From NCBI GenBank assembly GCA_965644295.1, contig CBFFRP010000611.1:1-39696 (forward strand): a stretch of DNA of 39,696 nucleotides, in the 5' to 3' direction. The notes beneath the pieces were generated by a model. The model made no database searches. It saw only the letters and a program-made list of their open reading frames with translations, and was not told the origin of the DNA. This DNA comes from Paraphysomonas bandaiensis. Taxonomy: Eukaryota > Protista > Chrysophyceae. The position numbers were made by a program, and so were the translations under genes. Shown one piece after another: positions 34,593 through 39,696 of this stretch (position 1 is the stretch's first letter; each line of letters opens with the position of its first letter).

Positions 34593-34868
34593 TTTACTTA
34601 GATCAAAGAGAGATTAAGTTGTTAGACTAGATAGATTTATTAATATCGTTTACACGAATTGTGTTAAACAACACAAGCTCGTTTTGTGCCATGCATAAAT
34701 CACTACTTCTGTAGACCTTTCGCTACTAAACATATCTTGAAAGAGCAAACTATTTCAGTTTTCTCAATATCATAACAGCATCTACACATCACCATACTTC
34801 ACTGTATTCTCGTACATTGTCTTCAAGTACCACATTGAATATACTAGGATACAGTCCATATTCTAATA
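34576..34868 (-). repeat. 5' LTR (293 bp)
   Basis: No mismatch seen by eye against 29414-29706. Confidence 0.97.
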
Positions 34869-35242
34869 GTGCTATTGAATATTGACAGGATACAATATAT
34901 AATATATTACATAAGAATATAAAAACGATTTCAATGCAAGTGATCTATCAATCCTTCCAAATAATATTTTCAGAATTTTACTGGAAATTTCAAACGTCAC
35001 ATCAAAAGCTGAAGATGATGCGGAGCAGTCTATCTAGTACAATTGAAATTCACTGAGCTTAAATATATGTACCATTGATTTTATTTTACTTCTTTCCCTA
35101 ATATTAACCAGGATGATATTGACTTCTTATAAAACTATATTCTTATAAAACTTCTAATCCCATTAGTTATAATCAGGGCCAGGTAATATTATATTGGAAT
35201 ATTGCAATATTTTTTCTTCTTATTATTTGTCTTTAAAATATT

Positions 35243-35686
35243 CCCATTCCGAGGGCGTGGTCGTAGTGTAGGCTGGCTGGTATAACACCACCCGCGTACC
35301 CATGTACCAACGTAGTTGACCGCTTAGATCACTCGCAGATTCTGTTGCCGCCCCACCCGTGTTCACCTTTGCTAAGATTTTTTCATAACTATACAAGACT
35401 TCTATATGTAAGTCGCGCAGATTCTAGTAGGACCATATGTGCCTTCCCATTACCTAACAAAGATTACGCGGAGCTTCTCGTGACCATGCATAACTCAGTA
35501 TAGGTCTAGTGTGACATTGACCGCCCCTCCCTCCCATAGAATGGGCGGGGTTCTCATATTTCCATATAGGCGCCGAGTATAGGTTCCGACACACAAAGAA
35601 TACACAGAAATTTTATTAACAATCTATACGTTAACAATCTAGTCAACACTAGCACTTAACTAGAGTACGCTCTCGGAATGGGGCAA
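35243..35686. mobile_element. MITE-like element, ~445 bp, with termini related to the 260-bp MITEs
   Basis: TIRs CCCATTCCGAGGGCGT (35243-35258) / ACGCTCTCGGAATGGG (35667-35682); GC-richer island in AT-rich DNA; TATT on both flanks. Confidence 0.65.
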
Positions 35687-36115
35687 TATTATTATTATTT
35701 ATTTTTGCTGGCAATATATTGTTTTCGCCCCCTGTTTATACTCAACACTAATAAGTTTTGTTGCTATTCATCACTTCATCACATCATTCTTTAGCATCTT
35801 CAACCATATATACATATGTACTCACTAGATTATATTGTCAACAAAACTTCTGCTATAGTCAATGGTCAGTATTAATGCCATGCAAATTGTACTTCCGCTC
35901 ACACTAGATAGAAAAATTTTAAACAAGTTTCGTCTTCCGCTACAAATATTTTTGTACATAGCAGTGAGAATAAGCTTCCTCGAAAATGATAAAGCCAATG
36001 GTCAGCGTAAACCATTCAATGTGTTTATTGTAAATTAGGGAAAATCCATCTTCAGTGTTGAATCAATAATACAATACTAAAACACGGTAATAATGTTACT
36101 AATCTAGAGAGCAAA

Positions 36116-37179
36116 TTACAAGATAGCACATTGGTCATATTGAAAGACATTGAGAAGACTTATATCCTGCTCTCGTCCTTTGATACTACTAGTTTCATAT
36201 CCACTACGCGAATCAACTGAACATGTCATATGCCACTGATCGCGAAAGCCAGTCAAAGAGAGATCCCCAGTGGATGTGTAAATCAGTTCAGGGGTCTCTT
36301 CGTTTCGAAATGTGCATACAAAATCAGCGTAAGGAGAGAGTTCTTCTATGGCTCGAGGGATCTTTTCCATGGTCTCCAAGATAAGTTCCATCGGAACGAC
36401 ACGACCTGTCGCCACCGTCAAAACGTCTTTGAGTCAAAATGTAGGATTAAATACCTGTAACTTTCGCCCTCATTTGAGCGCGACGCTGCGCAGTAACCGG
36501 CGACACCGTCACATGAAAAATCGCAAGCTTGAGAGACGGAAAAGTGTACCGTAATCCGGACATGTATTGTGCGTACCAATCATAGTCTCGTAGTGTTCCG
36601 TCAACAATAATATTTTTTCCTTCTTGTAATGCGGTGAGTGTGAGAACCTCGGCAATGTACCCAACCTCTTTCTGAGTAAGATAGCCGGCTGTGCTGGGCT
36701 CGCGGCGTTGGTACTCGGCAGTTTCGGGAAGGAGATCGCGCAATCCATCAAAATCCACCCTAACAAAGCTCCATAATGGGAATAAGTCTCTTGACGATAG
36801 CCACGACAACGTATGAGATTTCCCTGTACCACGCAGTTGAGTAATTCACAACGAAAAATGAAAATTTATCACCACCCGCACCTGATCCCATGCAGCCAGC
36901 TGTGAAAACGAGCCAGTTTCGCTCAGGTCTTTCACACACAACATCACCATCGTATATCACAGTGGATCGGAATCTATTTATAATAGTATCATGAAACAAC
37001 TGTCTCCTTTCTGAATAGCGTTTGTGATAAGAATAATCAAGACTCTGTCGAAGACTAGAGTACTCGCCCACGAACTCAGCATCAGGGTCCATGTAATTTT
37101 CCTCAGTGCTAATTTCATAATTCACAGCACTCATATCAAACTCGCTTTCTAGAGGAGCGGAATAATCGTTATGACTCAT
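36116..37179 (-). CDS. Zeta-toxin-like P-loop kinase domain protein, multi-exon
   Basis: WLVFTAGCMGSG|KSHT (Walker A split by an intron at ~36881-36826), VDFDGLRDLLPE, GKNIIVDGTLRD, RAKVT..GRVVP. Start uncertain. Confidence 0.82.
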
Positions 37180-37845
37180 CGGCGCTGCCTGGAGAGATAT
37201 TCGTAAAATGCTATACAGAATAAATAGTTTCACAATCTCGATGCAAATGGAGTGTTATATATCGCCAGCTCCTGATACGCTTCTAGTGTTAGCGACACAG
37301 ATCAGTGCATTCAGATGAATATTAGCTGCTAACTATCACACATTCAGTGCAATGGCAGCCTATGAGTGATATAGTCGATGCATCTACAGCTCGCTGACAA
37401 GCGAAACAATCCAATGAACGCTCATCCCTCTTAACTGCACTACAGCAGAGTACAGCACTGTACTGTGCTCTGTACGTCACATGTATGATGCATTCCACCT
37501 GTCAGCTCCGCATCATACTGCTGTATATGTACAGCAGTGTATCACAGAGTACAGCAGTCTTTGGATGAAATCCTCGTCACAACCTGTTCTTTTACTTGTG
37601 TCAGGTACAGCTGTGTACTGATGCACTTCTACATCTATGTACAGCAGTACATATTATAAGTTTTTCGCTATCCCTGTCATCGAATCAGTGTGTATTTCCA
37701 CTATATCATTGGCTGCGTATCCAGCAGTGTAGTCTATGCATGTGGTTGTGACTCTAGAAGCCAGTCGGCACGGTATCGCACAAGTCAAATCCAGGACTTG
37801 TGCGATACCGATAGATAGGGATCTTTTCAATCCCTTCTATGTGCG

Positions 37846-38628
37846 ATGCGAAGGCTCTTTGAAGGCATATTCCGTAGGAAGGTACCGAATGAAGATTTCG
37901 CCAGCAAAGATGTTCTCAGACAATGTTTTGAGCTATTATATTTACCACATCAAGCCAATTTTTCTGTTCGTTGTGATGTGTCCTCAATTCCTGACTCAGA
38001 CGATGGTGTTTATCTGCAAGGTTATGTGAAAGAAGGAACTGTTGTTGCTCTTTATCCAGGCACATATTATCCTCCGTTGCCATTACATTGTGTTGGGGCA
38101 CCAGATGGTAGCTGCGCTTTTGCTGCTAATGAAATGAGACACAAGTGGGACAATAATGTGTATATGATTAATTTGCCCACAATCGGGGGGTATATTGATG
38201 GAAAAGATGTTGATTTTTTGCAACCTAAGGGGGGAAACCTCAACAGGATATCACACAATCCCAGCCCTTTTGCAGTTGGTCAGGTAATTAACCACCCTGC
38301 GATGGGGACGGCACCTAATACGACTGTAGTGGATTTCATTTGGAGAGATGCTCTTGAGATTGGTGAATCTTTATATCCTGATGCTTTCACTTCGACTGAT
38401 ATTTCACTGCTGGTTCCAAACAGACTGGGTAGTGGCCCTTGGTTTATAGATCCAGTTACGAATGATGTTGTGATGATAAACGAAAGCGATGGGCCGCCAT
38501 GCCCACTTGCCGGGGTGGCCGTAGTAGCGATATCAGATATTAGTGATGGGTGTGAATTATTTTTTGACTACAAACTTGCACCGAAAGATAGACCTGATTG
38601 GTACAGTGAGCCCGTTAGTACAACGTAA
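37846..38628 (+). CDS. SET-domain protein, SETD9/C5orf35-like, intronless
   Basis: SSIPDSDDGVYLQG, GTVVALYPGTYY, NPSPFAVGQVINHP (NH motif), ELFFDY. Confidence 0.8.
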   Translation: MRRLFEGIFRRKVPNEDFASKDVLRQCFELLYLPHQANFSVRCDVSSIPDSDDGVYLQGYVKEGTVVALYPGTYYPPLPLHCVGAPDGSCAFAANEMRHKWDNNVYMINLPTIGGYIDGKDVDFLQPKGGNLNRISHNPSPFAVGQVINHPAMGTAPNTTVVDFIWRDALEIGESLYPDAFTSTDISLLVPNRLGSGPWFIDPVTNDVVMINESDGPPCPLAGVAVVAISDISDGCELFFDYKLAPKDRPDWYSEPVSTT

Positions 38629-38885
38629 GTTGCATAACACGTTGGTACAACAGAGATTGCATTGCATCTCATTTCACTCTCTGTAATACAACTTCAGTTT
38701 ATGGCAACTCTACCTCCATATAAGTGGCATGAAAACAGTAATTCAAGTTTGGATTATGCCGCTGAAGTGTTCCGTATATATTTGTTGCTTCTGTAGGAAT
38801 GTAGTCCGTGTGTCATATGTCAACCGTTTAGACACACAAAAGAGTTTGAGAACAATGAAAAATATTAAGATTGCTTATTCGTTCC

Positions 38886-39146
38886 TGCCCCATATTGACA
38901 GCGTAACTAATCACCGCGTTTGACAGTCTAGTGGGTGGTGCCTATGTACACCTTGCTTAGTTCAGCGCTTCCCCACTCCTGTCCTCGTGCTCTCTCAGCA
39001 TATTCAGCGCTAAAAACTGTGTGATAATGATATAGCTAGTTAGTTTCAGTAGGTAGCTAGCAAATACCATATGGGACTTAATCAAGTATTAGTTGGACAT
39101 TAGAAACCACCCGGATCTACCTAAGTACGCGCTAAGAATGGGGCAA
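38886..39146 (-). mobile_element. MITE, ~260 bp, copy 2 (inverted relative to copy 1)
   Basis: Ends TGCCCCATATTGACAGCGT / ACGCGCTAAGAATGGGGCAA; internal blocks (CAGTAGGTAGCTAGCAAATA, CACCCGGATCTACCTAAGTACGCGCT) are reverse complements of 26390-26482; TTCC(T) on both flanks. Confidence 0.8.
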
Positions 39147-39412
39147 TTCCTCTCCTCTTCTATAGTTTGAGAAAATCTGTGCAACCTAATAGTACTAACG
39201 AAAGTGAAATATATATCAAAAGCTAATGTTTTCTAAATATCTACAAATCTATTAGTGTTCCCATTAATTACAGACATTTGAACAGTTACTACGTGGTTTA
39301 TGGAGTTTTTGTAATCATGAATATTAAAGAGTATGGGTTAGAATAGTTCTAACATAAAGTGTATGGGAATCCAATCCACGTGAAGACTACGGGACGTACC
39401 TGGAGAGCATCT

Positions 39413-39509
39413 ACGGTCCGATTAAACACGCATTGGTCTACGGGACGTACCTGGAGAGCATCGGCTTTGCAGTCAACCCCGTAGACCAATGCGTGTTTAA
39501 TCGGACCGT
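39413..39509. repeat. Perfect 32-bp inverted repeat with 33-nt spacer, overlapping a 25-bp direct repeat
   Basis: Arms at 39413-39444 and 39478-39509; direct repeat CTACGGGACGTACCTGGAGAGCATC at 39387-39411 and 39438-39462. Confidence 0.9.
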
Positions 39510-39617
39510 CAACAGAAAACAATGCACTGTGGGCTTGCATACATATGTGTATGTGTGCAAAGCAATACCCAAGTACAGAAGTACAAAATAATGATTATTA
39601 TTGTATAATGAATCATG

Positions 39618-39673
39618 AATAATACTGTCTACAATATCAACGGCTAATAATACTGTCTACAATATCAACGGCT
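39618..39673 (+). repeat. 28-bp tandem duplication
   Basis: AATAATACTGTCTACAATATCAACGGCT x2. Confidence 0.9.
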
Positions 39674-39696
39674 ATTGCTAATCCCAACAACAATCA

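Larger units (their letters stand above)
29414..34868 (-). mobile_element. Complete Ty1/copia LTR retrotransposon, 5,455 bp
   Basis: 293-bp LTRs at 29414-29706 and 34576-34868; 5-bp TSD GTGCT at 29409-29413 and 34869-34873; PBS TGGTAGCGAGCG (minus strand, 34575 downward); PPT GAGTGGGAG at 29707-29715; intact ORF. Confidence 0.98.

Noticed and set aside
30151-34601. Short antisense or overlapping ORFs within the copia elements and host genes
   Set aside because: Shadows of the real coding frames with no independent motifs.
35255-35300. tRNA/SINE head (TAGTGTAGGCTGG A-box-like, GTGT/ACAC stem)
   Set aside because: No properly spaced B box/T-arm or acceptor stem.
35174-35734. Outer hAT-like MITE (CAGGG...CCCTG) surrounding the 445-bp element
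   Set aside because: Only ~5 bp of perfect TIR and a 6/8 TSD match in AT-rich DNA; too weak to call.

Overview
Eukaryotic (probably protist, possibly stramenopile; inferred, not proven) genomic DNA with compact genes and short (~45-70 bp) GT-AG introns, interleaved with many mobile elements. Host genes: inositol polyphosphate kinase (-), EF-hand protein (+), Rab1/YPT1 (+), exostosin/GT47-like (-), MECR (+), ALKBH7-like (-), an acidic orphan ORF (-), a zeta-toxin-like P-loop kinase (-) and a SETD9-like SET protein (+). Mobile DNA: (1) the 3' half of a Ty1/copia element nested in a LINE remnant; (2) a complete 5.45-kb copia element with 293-bp LTRs, a GTGCT TSD and one intact gag-pol ORF; (3) five 5'-truncated copies of a LINE family sharing a structured 3' UTR; (4) three related MITEs; (5) a 3,475-bp IS630/Tc1-type DD34E transposon with 198-bp perfect TIRs, inserted at a TA inside a ~3.5-kb (TATG)n array. 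This last element is the stand-out. Besides the transposase it carries a convergent, spliced second gene of unknown family, and both genes start at the inner edge of a TIR (MuDR-like architecture). Both copia elements also share non-canonical TATTAG...CA LTR ends and an unrecognised conserved ~60-aa domain between integrase and RT. All HTYI/MYVC ORFs are microsatellite artefacts.
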